NCBI GenBank assembly: GCA_013115125.1
Contig: JABANN010000030.1
Location: forward strand, 62,001 to 118,592
Reading direction: 5' to 3'
Length of the DNA: 56,592 bases
Source of the DNA: Perkinsus olseni
Taxonomy: Eukaryota
Position 1 is the first letter of the stretch, and each line of letters starts with the position of its first letter. A program made the translations under genes and the position numbers. Shown in pieces: positions 38,201-47,013 of the stretch. The notes beneath the pieces were generated by a model, which searched no databases, was not told where the DNA came from, and saw only the letters and a list, made by a program, of their open reading frames with translations.

Positions 38201-38517
38201 GTCACTTCGTCCTTGTTTTTATCACCCCAAGTGAAGGCACAGTCCTCGTCCATAGCAACTCGGACCAACCGGAAGTAGGTGGTGTTTGCCAGCTCCTCGA
38301 GAATAGAGTGTAGCTGCGCGGAGTTAGCTCGCTGTACTGCCTCGACCTCGCACTTTGTACCATCAACTTGACCTTTGACCAGTGAGACTGGCCGACCCGA
38401 AGGGGTATCCAAAACATCAGCTCCAAAAACAACACCGACGAGGAGCATCATCACCATTGCCATAAGAGACCGTTCGGCGAGGGGTACGCAGGACCCTCTG
38501 CCAGACGCTGTTGCCAT
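35245..38517 (-). CDS. Fusion protein: ERO1 oxidoreductin, soluble FAD-dependent fumarate reductase (Osm1/flavocytochrome c type) and cytochrome b5, with signal peptide and C-terminal DDEL
   Basis: This is one 1090-aa ORF. Signal peptide: MVMMLLVGVVFG. ERO1: TYFRLVRV, LLNPEHNTGY, RLLSGMH, NCVRCRRCRL, LSRDEIVALVN. Reductase: GGGLAG, GGNSAKASSGIN, GGHSRPRT, QLHPTG, AEILRG, HYTMGG, NRLGGNSLLEC. b5: HNSPSDCWIALYGSVYD..HPGG..GKDAT..H. The chain ends RADDEL. Confidence 0.95.
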   Translation of the reverse strand: MATASGRGSCVPLAERSLMAMVMMLLVGVVFGADVLDTPSGRPVSLVKGQVDGTKCEVEAVQRANSAQLHSILEELANTTYFRLVRVAMDEDCAFTWGDKNKDEVTCGSSPPGGAAAAFGFGSSSSPAGGGASLCSIEPIGNEVNPFITDSESSVIEGEFDDDLDDADDGSIKPDFWFDICRPPRASDKLDYVNLLLNPEHNTGYNGSHIWEAIDAENCVSIGRGLGTGGYCYEERVLQRLLSGMHESTTIQVLANYYPPKKGEVAWKPNNEKFMATVGKHPDWLKNLNFAYLVTLRALHKAKPVLYNWEYSTGEPANDENTQKLMKHLLDASEMKLCSPVFQGFDEDSLFPADRADRRQLAEQFKSVFQNITALTNCVRCRRCRLHSKVTLLGLGTTLKILLTPDVSLLPSALSRDEIVALVNTVHKFSHGLMEVGRLTNLYLEDQRKLVARVARPAAAFSNSGASVMELALSYVAELPLSQADEDLLVDAIVDKDEAVLSLAASFPAEAFGRHALRYLKSKPRTAKDTRRSYDVVVVGGGLAGMSAAIASADRGARVLLLDKSKHLGGNSAKASSGINMRMDATEECYDSFLSDTVRSCESGLGPCEHPELANVLVNDSRDTVRWVEQRFGVPLSAPVKLGGHSRPRTVRPQGGIIGAELTAAGSKVAHKMPNIDVINNAQLVGLIVDHSTEHKTVEGVRYTIGDNEETIEVLSNSVVLATGGFGFDVSSGSLMAEYRPDLLDFPTTLGPHTTGDGIKIAVRDADAGLRDMDQVQLHPTGFIDPKDPGARTKVLAAEILRGVGGVLLDQNGQRFCDELGTRKYVTAKMLERADETGGASRAFSILLPYDAIDGPAKRHITMYSSRGLLQEVDFRGAVKFVGGDAWKESAPASSNGRYFVGKVTPVIHYTMGGISIDTDGHVLDTASNVIDGLWAAGEVAGGVHGRNRLGGNSLLECAVFGKRIGDRLPVEGHIDVDQPRQPEQRAPTRKSVGLVELAGHNSPSDCWIALYGSVYDFSDYSSEHPGGSSAIEEGCGKDATETFKQVHTASLVGDMGFEPIGVLEEEEEEEEEEESASVDARHRRADDEL
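35293..35325. repeat. (CTC)n microsatellite encoding the poly-Glu tail of the ERO1 fusion
   Basis: About 11 tandem GAG codons on the minus strand. Confidence 0.9.
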
Positions 38518-38770
38518 CTTGCTAATCTAATCCAAAATAATGTTCCTGAGTAAATCGCCCAGACGTGTCACTTCCAGCCGACACAGACCGCGAGTTGGCG
38601 GCTCTGCTTCCACCGCAGAAAATGGAGACAGCACATTGTGTCCGACCTTCCCCAAACGACGGCGACAAAACACTCATCCCTCAACACAAGAAACTCCACC
38701 CATTGTTTTCACGAAACGGTTGTTGATACTACATCGACTACGGACGGTCTAGTTTGGTATATAGCTTTGA

Positions 38771-40090
38771 TCAGTCTCTCTTAAGCCTTCGCACTGTCTC
38801 TCGGACGACCTTCACTGCAAGGGGAGCTGCCAAAAACACGCTGGTAGCTATAGCGACACCAGTGTTGTCGCCGGGCACCGAGAACTCCAGCGGAATGGTG
38901 AAGGCGGCACCACCACGAGTAAAGCGGAACTTCAATATCGCCGAATCGAAGTTGGGCCACCGCAGCATCAGTGACCACTGGACCAGCGTTGGGAAGGCTC
39001 CGTCAAGCTCTTCCCAGTCACTCAAGCTCTCTGCACCATTCAACTGTTGTGAGCACTTCAGCTCAATTCCGGCACCGGCTGCCAGAGACATAGTGGGCCC
39101 GCAGGAGACCTCGAAGCCACCACTGAAGGGTAGCACCGTCTTGGCCTCGAAGGCGATGTTTCCTTCACCCTCGATTGAGAAGTTGTACTTCATAGTACAG
39201 CGGTCCCACGCCTTCATCCTGGCAAGATCCTCGTCGCTGCCGACCTCGGGATTAGTCTTCTCGATCTCGAATGCCGCGTGATTGCCATGACCAACAGCCA
39301 GAGTGACGCTGCCCGCCCAATCCTTGAAGAGCTGGAGCCCCCACGTCATCGCAGCGCCCACGCCACCCACTTGCGTCCAGGACACCGTCTGTCTCAGAGT
39401 CGAGTGTTGACCAACTTGTCGAGTAACCACAGCTTCTAACGCGGGTGGCCACCATTGCCCCGCTACAGTATCAACCATCACCCGGCTTTGCATGTACGGG
39501 CTCCATCCAGTCTGCCAAAAATATGTCATCTTGCCGACGCCGCCACCATTGGCTTGGACGTGGCTTGCAGTGACTACCGTGAAGTTGTGTCTTCCCGCGG
39601 TTATCCCCATCCCGTGAGTGAAGCTTGTATAACCCCATTGCGGGACCTCCTGCCAATTCCTGAATTTCAGGCCGGTGGTCATCTCCCCTTGTAGCTGGAA
39701 CATCCTCTGCACCTTCATCTCCTCATTGCCACGAACCATCGCTCTCACTCGTCGCTCTAGGTTTGCCAGTGTCTCGTCCTGCTTCACGACTATACCATCG
39801 GCCAGACTGATGCCATCAAGACCGTACTTGTCATAAAAGGACCTCATAGTGGGGTTGGACAGAACCCGGTAAGCATAGTTGATTCGCCTGAACGCTTCGG
39901 GATCTCCTCCTTGCGAAGCTCGCTTGTCGGGATGATGCAGTTTGCTCTGATCTAAGTAGCCCTGACGAATGGCGTCTGAGTCGCTGTCTCGAGCGACATG
40001 AAGTAAGTCATAGAGGTCCATATCCTGCGGGATGGACGACTCCCCCGTGCTGCCGGTACTGTCCCCATTTGCGTACTGAGAAGGTGGCAT
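38771..40090 (-). CDS. J-domain protein similar to DNAJC11
   Basis: The N-terminal J domain has DLYDLL, HHPDK and YRVLSNPTMRSFYDKYG. It is followed by a long amphipathic beta-strand region ending FTRGGAAFTIPL and a hydrophobic helix. Confidence 0.75.
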   Translation of the reverse strand: MPPSQYANGDSTGSTGESSIPQDMDLYDLLHVARDSDSDAIRQGYLDQSKLHHPDKRASQGGDPEAFRRINYAYRVLSNPTMRSFYDKYGLDGISLADGIVVKQDETLANLERRVRAMVRGNEEMKVQRMFQLQGEMTTGLKFRNWQEVPQWGYTSFTHGMGITAGRHNFTVVTASHVQANGGGVGKMTYFWQTGWSPYMQSRVMVDTVAGQWWPPALEAVVTRQVGQHSTLRQTVSWTQVGGVGAAMTWGLQLFKDWAGSVTLAVGHGNHAAFEIEKTNPEVGSDEDLARMKAWDRCTMKYNFSIEGEGNIAFEAKTVLPFSGGFEVSCGPTMSLAAGAGIELKCSQQLNGAESLSDWEELDGAFPTLVQWSLMLRWPNFDSAILKFRFTRGGAAFTIPLEFSVPGDNTGVAIATSVFLAAPLAVKVVRETVRRLKRD

Positions 40091-40175
40091 TGCAGTGATG
40101 AGAACGCTTTAGTAATAGGCCAGTCGGGGGTAGCTTAGATGGTACAAGAGTAAAAAAACCTGCGAAGTCGACTTG

Positions 40176-40224
40176 AAAAATGCAACCGACCGGAATCGAA
40201 CTCGAGACCTTCCGGTTGTCGGAA
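40176..40224 (-). pseudogene. tRNA 3'-half relic with B-box and T5 run
   Basis: The minus strand reads TTCCGACAACCGGA-AGGTC-TCGAG-TTCGATT-CCGGT-CGGTTGC-A-TTTTT. The variable loop, T-loop and terminator are at tRNA spacing. The anticodon loop has collapsed and there is no D-arm. Confidence 0.55.
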
Positions 40225-40230
40225 ACACGT

Positions 40231-43045
40231 TTATTTCACAAACATAGACTGAAGCTGATCCCCACCTCGACATGGCTCATTATCAACATGCCGAGCCTCC
40301 ACACGCCCAGCCGCCGCTCGGAACTTCTCCCTCAATTTCTCAGTCACGTCCTCACCAGTTTCAACTGCTCCCGGCTCACGCAAAAAGCGCACGCCCCCAC
40401 CCACAAAGAAGGGTACCACTCCCCGCCCTTCTAGTACCGTTTCCTGGAAGACTAATAGGTCAATCGGGATGCCGCACAGGCCAGAGTCCACTCTCCGCGC
40501 TATGGTCATCGACCGGTCCGATCGTCGGCCGCTTTCAGAAATCTCGCTGTAAGAGAAAGCCTCCACGAGTCCATCGGAAGCTACTGGGACCTCAGGACCA
40601 TCCCCGCCTACCCGCTTCTGTAGGACCAATCGAGACTTATCCCCTACTCGGAGTCGCTGCCGCTGTCTCACAGACGTTACGAGGGATTCTTTGAAAGGCA
40701 GGCATTCGTCTGTACTAACCACCCTCTTGAGGGTAGAGTATACCTCAGTTCGACACCCGCTGCTGGACTTTAGTGAGAAGGACGACGACTCACTCGCACT
40801 GTAGCACTCGGACACATTATCCAACACCTCCACGACCCGTAGGGGCAACTGAATCGTGTCTCGCGCCTCGAAATTGCTACGAAGGGCCGTCCTCGCCATC
40901 GCTGTCAGTAAGGGAAGGGACGCTGGTAGATCGGTACCCGCAGGGAGACCTTCTAGCCGGGACACTAAGGCCTCCAGACCAGCAGAAATGAGGATACACA
41001 AGCTTTGGCGCGGACTCTCAGTCTCTCCCTGCGGGGCTATATCATCCGAAGCACCAACGACAACGGTAGTCGGGTCAAGATACTCCCACAACGTCACGAG
41101 GAGCTGGGCCATCCCTTCTGCTGACAGTGCGTCCCATTGAAAGGCTCCACCAGGTCCAAGCAAGATCCCCAGGGGGTCAATTTCGATATCAAGATTACTG
41201 CACGCATGCACAAGCAATGCTCTGGTCGCCTCCGACAGACTCTCCGGTGAGGCCAACTCCAAGCGCTCCGGACACAGGCTTTTGAGCCTAAGACGAGCCA
41301 CCGAGTCGTATATGCCCGCCCACAGTGCCCACTCTCTCGGACTCCCGGAAGGAACCATGGCCGTCTTCTCACTACCCCTCACTCGGTATAGCACAGCCAC
41401 CGCAGAGTCAACCCGACCTATTCTAGCACAGACGCCAAGAGCCACGGCCAGGGACGCTAGGTCACCCGGACTGGCTGCCTTCAGCAAAGCATTCGTCCAG
41501 TCGAAGGACCCAGGAGTACTGCTGGCGGCTACGACATCCGAAGAGTCACTCGGCTGGCCAATGGCAACCTCAGAAATGCCTTGTGTGAAGTAGAAGGAAA
41601 GGTAGTGAAGATACCTCAACAACGTGGCTTGATCTGCCGCGGTCGGCAGGACTCCGGATATCTCCAGGCTAAGCGCATCTCTCGCTTGGGGTCGACCTAC
41701 ACAAAGACAATGAGACACCACGGTATGCGGTGTGCGACCAAAGCAGCCCACAGCCCCTCGTTACCTGTATGCATTGCCTCCAGCAAGGCCATCACACTAT
41801 GCCTGTTCACAGCCTCCTCGCCTCTCACCGCCAACTGATTTCGTAACCATGGCCGGAAGCCGCTCGGGAAGAGGGGGCCATGACCGGACCGGGTTGCATC
41901 TCTCCAGACTTCTACCAGGGCCATTACGTCGTCCGAGCCAACGTCTAGTTTTGAGAAAAGTATGGTACGACCCACAAGGGCTTGGATGGCACTTATTACA
42001 GTGGTATCCTGGAGGTCGGCTCGACGAAGGAAAATCGGAAGAATCTTGAAGGTATCTTGAGGTCGCAAACTCGCATGTAGAGTAAGAGATATCCTCTGCG
42101 CACAGTTGATGATGAACTTGTCACTAAGCCACCCCAGGCACTCCATGGAGCCCAACAACTGCGCGACATTCTGCCCCGACACTTCCGGCCAATGACAGGA
42201 CAACCGCCACTCCACTATCTTATCCAAGCCCTCAGGCAAGCTCCTAGACGGGTCAGCAGAGACGTAGTCGGCTAGGAAGGATACTATTTGCACTAGAGGC
42301 AGGGGCCCGAACCTACGCCCTTCGTCACTGGTGTCTGCCACAGCGTCCATAACAACATTCGTGAACTGCCGAGACTCCAGCCCAAGAATCTTGGCTGCCT
42401 CGCACACATAACCTATGCTTGCCCCATCCGTCGTTGGCCCGATGGCCTCCGCGACCGACTGCACAGCGCGAGAGATATCCTTCAAAACTGCCGGTCGATA
42501 GCGTACCGGAATGTGAGCGTTCCAATCGACTCCTACACGACTGACCGCCAGGCCACACGCTCCTGCCGCTGTCCTCAACCAATGAGGGTCATCGCGCTCA
42601 TGCCACACTATCTTCATCAGGACAGCTCGGCACAGAGGGGCCACCGTGACCAGATCCGGACCCCGGGGGCCTCGACATCTCGCTATGTGCAGGAGTAGGT
42701 TGTGAGCCCCGCTGGCAGGAAGCCTGCGAAGCCTTCTCATGGCTTTGTTCACCAAGGCCGGCCAAAGGGCAAATCTATGAATCGCGTTCGGGGGTGATTT
42801 GTGGAGAGTCAATGTGTCCCTCGGAGGGATGGCCAGGGCCGCGTGACGGAAGGCCGAGACGAGATCCTGAGCGACTGAGTAGATAATAGAGGAAACTCAG
42901 CCAGTATGATGATCCACACCTGGTTCTTCCTGGCAGTGGACGCACATACTCTGGCGTCTTTGCCCACCACTCTACTGATCTTCGTGCGCGCTCTCGTCAC
43001 AACGGCAACTGCCCGGCATCGCGAAGTACCCATAAAAAGTGCCAA
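40231..43045 (-). CDS. Large probable organellar helical-repeat / RAP-like protein, multi-exon
   Basis: ORFs 41697-42812 and 40231-41751 are joined by a GTAACG...GTGTAG intron at about 41698-41764. The first exon is Arg-rich and presequence-like. The C-terminal region contains CGIPIDLLV. Confidence 0.6.
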
Positions 43046-43330
43046 TCAACTTGTCATGAGCCAGAATCGGCCTCGGCGGCCAGACCACGCCGTTATACCC
43101 TCTGCAACGCAAGCCATACCAATATTCGAAGAAAACGAATATGTCATGAAGCCAAGTCTTAGCGATCGACGGAGATACCCCAGCCGCGGTATGCACTTGA
43201 CGACAGTGGTAGTGAAGCGCTCACGAGGGGATTCCAGCGTCGTTGACTGCCACGGACTCGACTATTTGCTCTATGATACTGATACTAACATCACCCGCTG
43301 CTGATACTCAAAAAATGATCACCGCTTGAA

Positions 43331-43861
43331 CTACTCTTCTTCCTCTTCTGTCGCCGCCGCCGGTGGTGGACTGGCTGTGGCCTTCGGCCTGTAGTACACC
43401 TTAGCCGGCAAGTTGCCAAGCATCCTCTGACGGTCCGTCTCGACCCATCTCCAGCTCAAACCATGCCCAGCGATACGACCGCATATAGCACCAAGATACG
43501 CACAGAAGGGCAGCACGATGAGCTTGCTCTGGTAGTTGTATCTCCTCAAGCTCCACCAAGGCAGACTAACCCCTAGTAGTAGGCCAGGCAGCAGACCGTT
43601 CTGGGCGATGACTCTGCGACGGACACTTTCCTGTCTTCTGCGGCACACGTCAATGGCCGGGTCGCTGGCCGAGGGGTCGAACTTACGCCTGAGGATGTTG
43701 TACATGTCGTGCTTGTCCAGCTTAGAGTAGCGCCAGTGGAAGATCGGAAACATGAGGGCAAGGCCAGTCTTTTCGAGGGTACGAACGCGTCTCTTGGCGA
43801 TTTTATTCTTCTCCTCGATGATGGTGATATCCGAGGGGACGACGAGGAGGCTGCTGCTCAT
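43331..43861 (-). CDS. Intronless hypothetical protein (176 aa) with two probable transmembrane segments
   Basis: A clean ATG-to-TAG ORF with protein-like composition. The hydrophobic segments are GLLPGLLLGVSLPWW and LIVLPFCAYLGAICG. Confidence 0.75.
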   Translation of the reverse strand: MSSSLLVVPSDITIIEEKNKIAKRRVRTLEKTGLALMFPIFHWRYSKLDKHDMYNILRRKFDPSASDPAIDVCRRRQESVRRRVIAQNGLLPGLLLGVSLPWWSLRRYNYQSKLIVLPFCAYLGAICGRIAGHGLSWRWVETDRQRMLGNLPAKVYYRPKATASPPPAAATEEEEE

Positions 43862-44258
43862 GCTAGGGTGGATACTAGTGGTAAATGAACCACAAGAATT
43901 TCAACGCTGAACCAAAGGACAACCCATCAAGCCCAATCGCGCAGCCTTGCACTCACGAGAGTGCGCGATTAGCCTCAGACAAGACGATGAGAGCCCAGGA
44001 CTGCAAGATAGAATGGCGGGGACACTCCTGGTGACACGATGGTGCCCATGATATCGCATTAATGGGAGTAGGCGCCGACTTTTGGCTGTCACACTTCTTC
44101 CGTCGGAACGAAAAAATGGGAAAGTCAAGCACTCGAAGCGCATCTTGAAGATCTCAGGCGATCTTGCTATTCCTTCACGGCTTCCCTCCCTGGTGTCTCG
44201 TTTCACTCGGTGTGTCTCCCGCTGCCCTTTTCTTCCAGTTGCCCCGCCTCTCTGTACT

Positions 44259-45815
44259 ATGCTCGTGACCACCTCAAAGATACGCTCTCTTCTCTCACTA
44301 GCTTTGCTAACTCGGACAGCCTTGAGCAGCATTGACCCCAACCTCGGTTACTGTCCAGTTCGTCCCGGCGAGCTCCTCTCTGGTACATATCGTACTGCGG
44401 GTCGCATGGGTGGTGGTGGTGGTGGTGGTGGTGGCAATGAGCTGTCCTTGCATGTGGAGACGTCAGGGGATGCTCAATTCGCCAAGCTCAGTACCGTTGT
44501 TGGTTCCACCCGTCGCGAGATGTCCCAGGCACTTCCCTTGAATTGGTTGTTCTTCTCTGAAAACCTCAATACGTATTTTGGGACTGTCTTGGGGCAGGTT
44601 GCCCTTCACGGATGTTTCGGCTTCGTTCTTCAAGGCATGGACAGGTTTCGATTGGTATTGGAAGCGCAGAACAAGTTCGGATTCAAACTCCAGAATATCG
44701 TCTTTTGCGTCACCGACAAAGGGTTGGTGTCTCTGGAACAAGAAAGGGACACGGCACTCTTCACGAAAGCCTGTCCTATGCGGGAGTTGAAGGAGCCTGG
44801 CGGAGTACAAGGTGGTACGATGCCTGTGGCTACCGGGCCTGGCGGAGTACAAGGTGGTACGATGCCTGTGGCTACCGGGCCTGGCGGAGTACAAGGTGGC
44901 ACGATGCCTGTGGCTACCGGGCCTGGCGGATTACCAGCTGGTATGATGCCTGTGGTTACCGGGCCTGGCGGAGTACCAGCTGGTATGATGCCTGTGGTTA
45001 CCGGGCCTGGCGGAGTACAAGGTGGCACGATGCCTGTGGCTACCGGGCCTGGCGGAGTACAAGGTGTCACGATGCCTGTGGCTACCGGATCTGGCGGAGT
45101 ACAAGGTGGCACGATGCATGTGGCTACCGGGCCTGGCGGAGTACAAGGTCGCACGATGCCTGTGGCTACCGGGCCTGGCGGAGCACGAGGTGGCACGATG
45201 CCCGTGGCTACTGAGCTCAATAGGAGCAAGAGAGCCTTAGAAGCAACTAGGAGATCACCAGCCGAAGCAGCCGGTCAGGACGGCATCACTAGGTCAGCTG
45301 GATCCCTGAAGCGACAAGCCCCGATGCCAGTAGCATCAGCACCGCCGCCGACTAAGGTTGCTAACGTTGAGTCATTCGTCCCGGACGGAGCATTCATGGC
45401 TGAGCAGCCCGATGCTACTAAATGGACAGCTATCAGTCTCAACATCCGCACTGACTTTGCGACTGCGGAGAGGCTAGGTGAATTGACGCTCTATCCTGTT
45501 GCCGATGAGCGCATCATCTTCCCCACCGTTCGACTAGTACAAACACAGTTTTTGGGCTTGTCGTGTCTCATGTTCAAAGAAGCCGTTGGAGGCCCGGATC
45601 TTCAGCAGCTATTCATAACGCAGTTTTATCGGGTCGTCAAAATTATGGATTGTTTGAAGGCCTACACAAATTCAATGCGCGTTTGTGGAACGGGAGCGGA
45701 GGGCTATGTTACTCTGGGTTTCAGCGGGGTATGGGGTGTTCGAGGAGCTACGGGCACCACAGAGAGAGGGCCTCCCTCGTCCCGGTTGCTGGGATACTTT
45801 CCAACTAGCCGATAG
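44259..45815 (+). CDS. Lineage-specific secreted protein, paralog A, with an internal 14-aa tandem repeat
   Basis: ATG 44259 begins the signal-like MLVTTSKIRSLLSLALLTRTALS. It shares PVRP.ELLSGTYRT.GRMGGGG..NELSLHVETSGD, TDKGLVS and TKWTAI with the ORF at 46927-48162. Confidence 0.8.
   Translation: MLVTTSKIRSLLSLALLTRTALSSIDPNLGYCPVRPGELLSGTYRTAGRMGGGGGGGGGNELSLHVETSGDAQFAKLSTVVGSTRREMSQALPLNWLFFSENLNTYFGTVLGQVALHGCFGFVLQGMDRFRLVLEAQNKFGFKLQNIVFCVTDKGLVSLEQERDTALFTKACPMRELKEPGGVQGGTMPVATGPGGVQGGTMPVATGPGGVQGGTMPVATGPGGLPAGMMPVVTGPGGVPAGMMPVVTGPGGVQGGTMPVATGPGGVQGVTMPVATGSGGVQGGTMHVATGPGGVQGRTMPVATGPGGARGGTMPVATELNRSKRALEATRRSPAEAAGQDGITRSAGSLKRQAPMPVASAPPPTKVANVESFVPDGAFMAEQPDATKWTAISLNIRTDFATAERLGELTLYPVADERIIFPTVRLVQTQFLGLSCLMFKEAVGGPDLQQLFITQFYRVVKIMDCLKAYTNSMRVCGTGAEGYVTLGFSGVWGVRGATGTTERGPPSSRLLGYFPTSR
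44796..45215 (+). repeat. Coding minisatellite, 10 copies of 42 bp (consensus peptide PGGVQGGTMPVATG)
   Basis: The unit cctggcggagtacaaggtgg(t/c)acgatgcctgtggctaccggg is repeated 10 times. Copies 4 and 5 are a variant (PAGMMPVVTG). Confidence 0.97.
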
Positions 45816-47013
45816 TTCCTGTTAAGAACGACCGAACGTTGAGGTAATCCCTACTAAACTGATTTGCAGCCGAGCTTGTGAGGCTCGTAGAAGGTTTCCT
45901 CATTACGTACATGGGGGTAGAGTATGACCATGTTCTGCTACCTCCATGTTTATCAATTGAGCATGTTTGTTGTGGTTGTCGTTCTGTGTCGGACTGCCTC
46001 GAGTTCAGTGTCCATGGCTTGAAGATGTTTCCCTTTCATTTGTGAGATTGTGCATGTTCAATAGGCTGCGTGTCGATTGCCGTGTTGGGGACAGGCCAGT
46101 GTCGGCGGCAGTCAAACAGCAGGAGTGGACGGAGAGCGAGCGGACCGAGTGAACAGTGGATGAGATCGGAGAAGTTCAACGGAGTCTTTGTGAATCACTG
46201 TAATGGGGTTCCATATCAATGCTGGTCTGAGGCAATCGTGGGAGGATGTTGGCGATCGTTTTACTCATGTCTCGTGTAGTTCTTATGACTATGCCTGCGG
46301 TCATGTGCTTCAATGAGACGAGAGGGACCGACCTCTCACACGAGGGTGTCGCTGATCCAATTGAAGTCGCGAGTTAGCTCAAGTGGAGGAAAACTATCTT
46401 CTTCCGTGTTCACGATTCGTGCCAATTGGTACGCGGCCAGTTCTCGATTCGGCACGCTGAGCGCACTTCCGTTCTGGTGTCCTTCGCCACCTTAAGGGGA
46501 TTTCAGTCATCCTGAAGATCAGGTCTGCCCGGGGTCTCCAAGGTGGGTGTAGACGGATTTCGTCCGTGGCCGTCTTGGGAACTGCCCTTCACTTGCTGGA
46601 AATTTTAATGCTGAACTATTCCGACGTCTATGCAGAGCGGGCCATCGCCATGAGGATCGTCTAACAGAGCATCGATTCGGCGATCGATCTATGTTCTCAA
46701 GTACTGCCATTCGAGAATCTTTTAAGCGGAAATACCCCTTGGACAAGCCCGCTAGGGTGCTGATTGGACCGAGTGGGGTGTTGAGCTCTCGCGGAAGCTA
46801 CCATTGCGTGATAAAGGAGGTTGGTTCAGAAACAAGTCGTAAAAGGAGGCTCCTGTAACTTAAGTCTCCCCTGTGGAGTCCTTCCAATGATCAACCATCT
46901 GGATGCCTTGGTGATCTTGGGCAATCTTGGCATTCCTCAACAATTTTCCCGTTCCCGTCTCCCCTCTTGAGCTCACTTGGAGCGCGCGACTCTCCTTGAT
47001 TCCGCGCTTTACT

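Noticed and set aside
17978-38517. Functional cluster of ER redox genes (LMF and the ERO1 fusion)
   Set aside because: They are about 15 kb apart with unrelated genes between them, so there is no evidence of clustering.
41697-41764. Programmed frameshift between overlapping ORFs 41697-42812 and 40231-41751
   Set aside because: A canonical GTAACG...GTGTAG intron explains the frame change.
44796-45215. 42-bp repeat array as a CRISPR array
   Set aside because: The units are contiguous with no unique spacers, lie in frame within a CDS, and no cas genes are present in this eukaryotic sequence.
44463-45240. Alternative-frame and antisense repeat ORFs (for example 44612-45214 plus and 44630-45229 minus)
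   Set aside because: They are by-products of a stop-free repeat whose length is a multiple of three. Only the main frame is homologous to paralog B.
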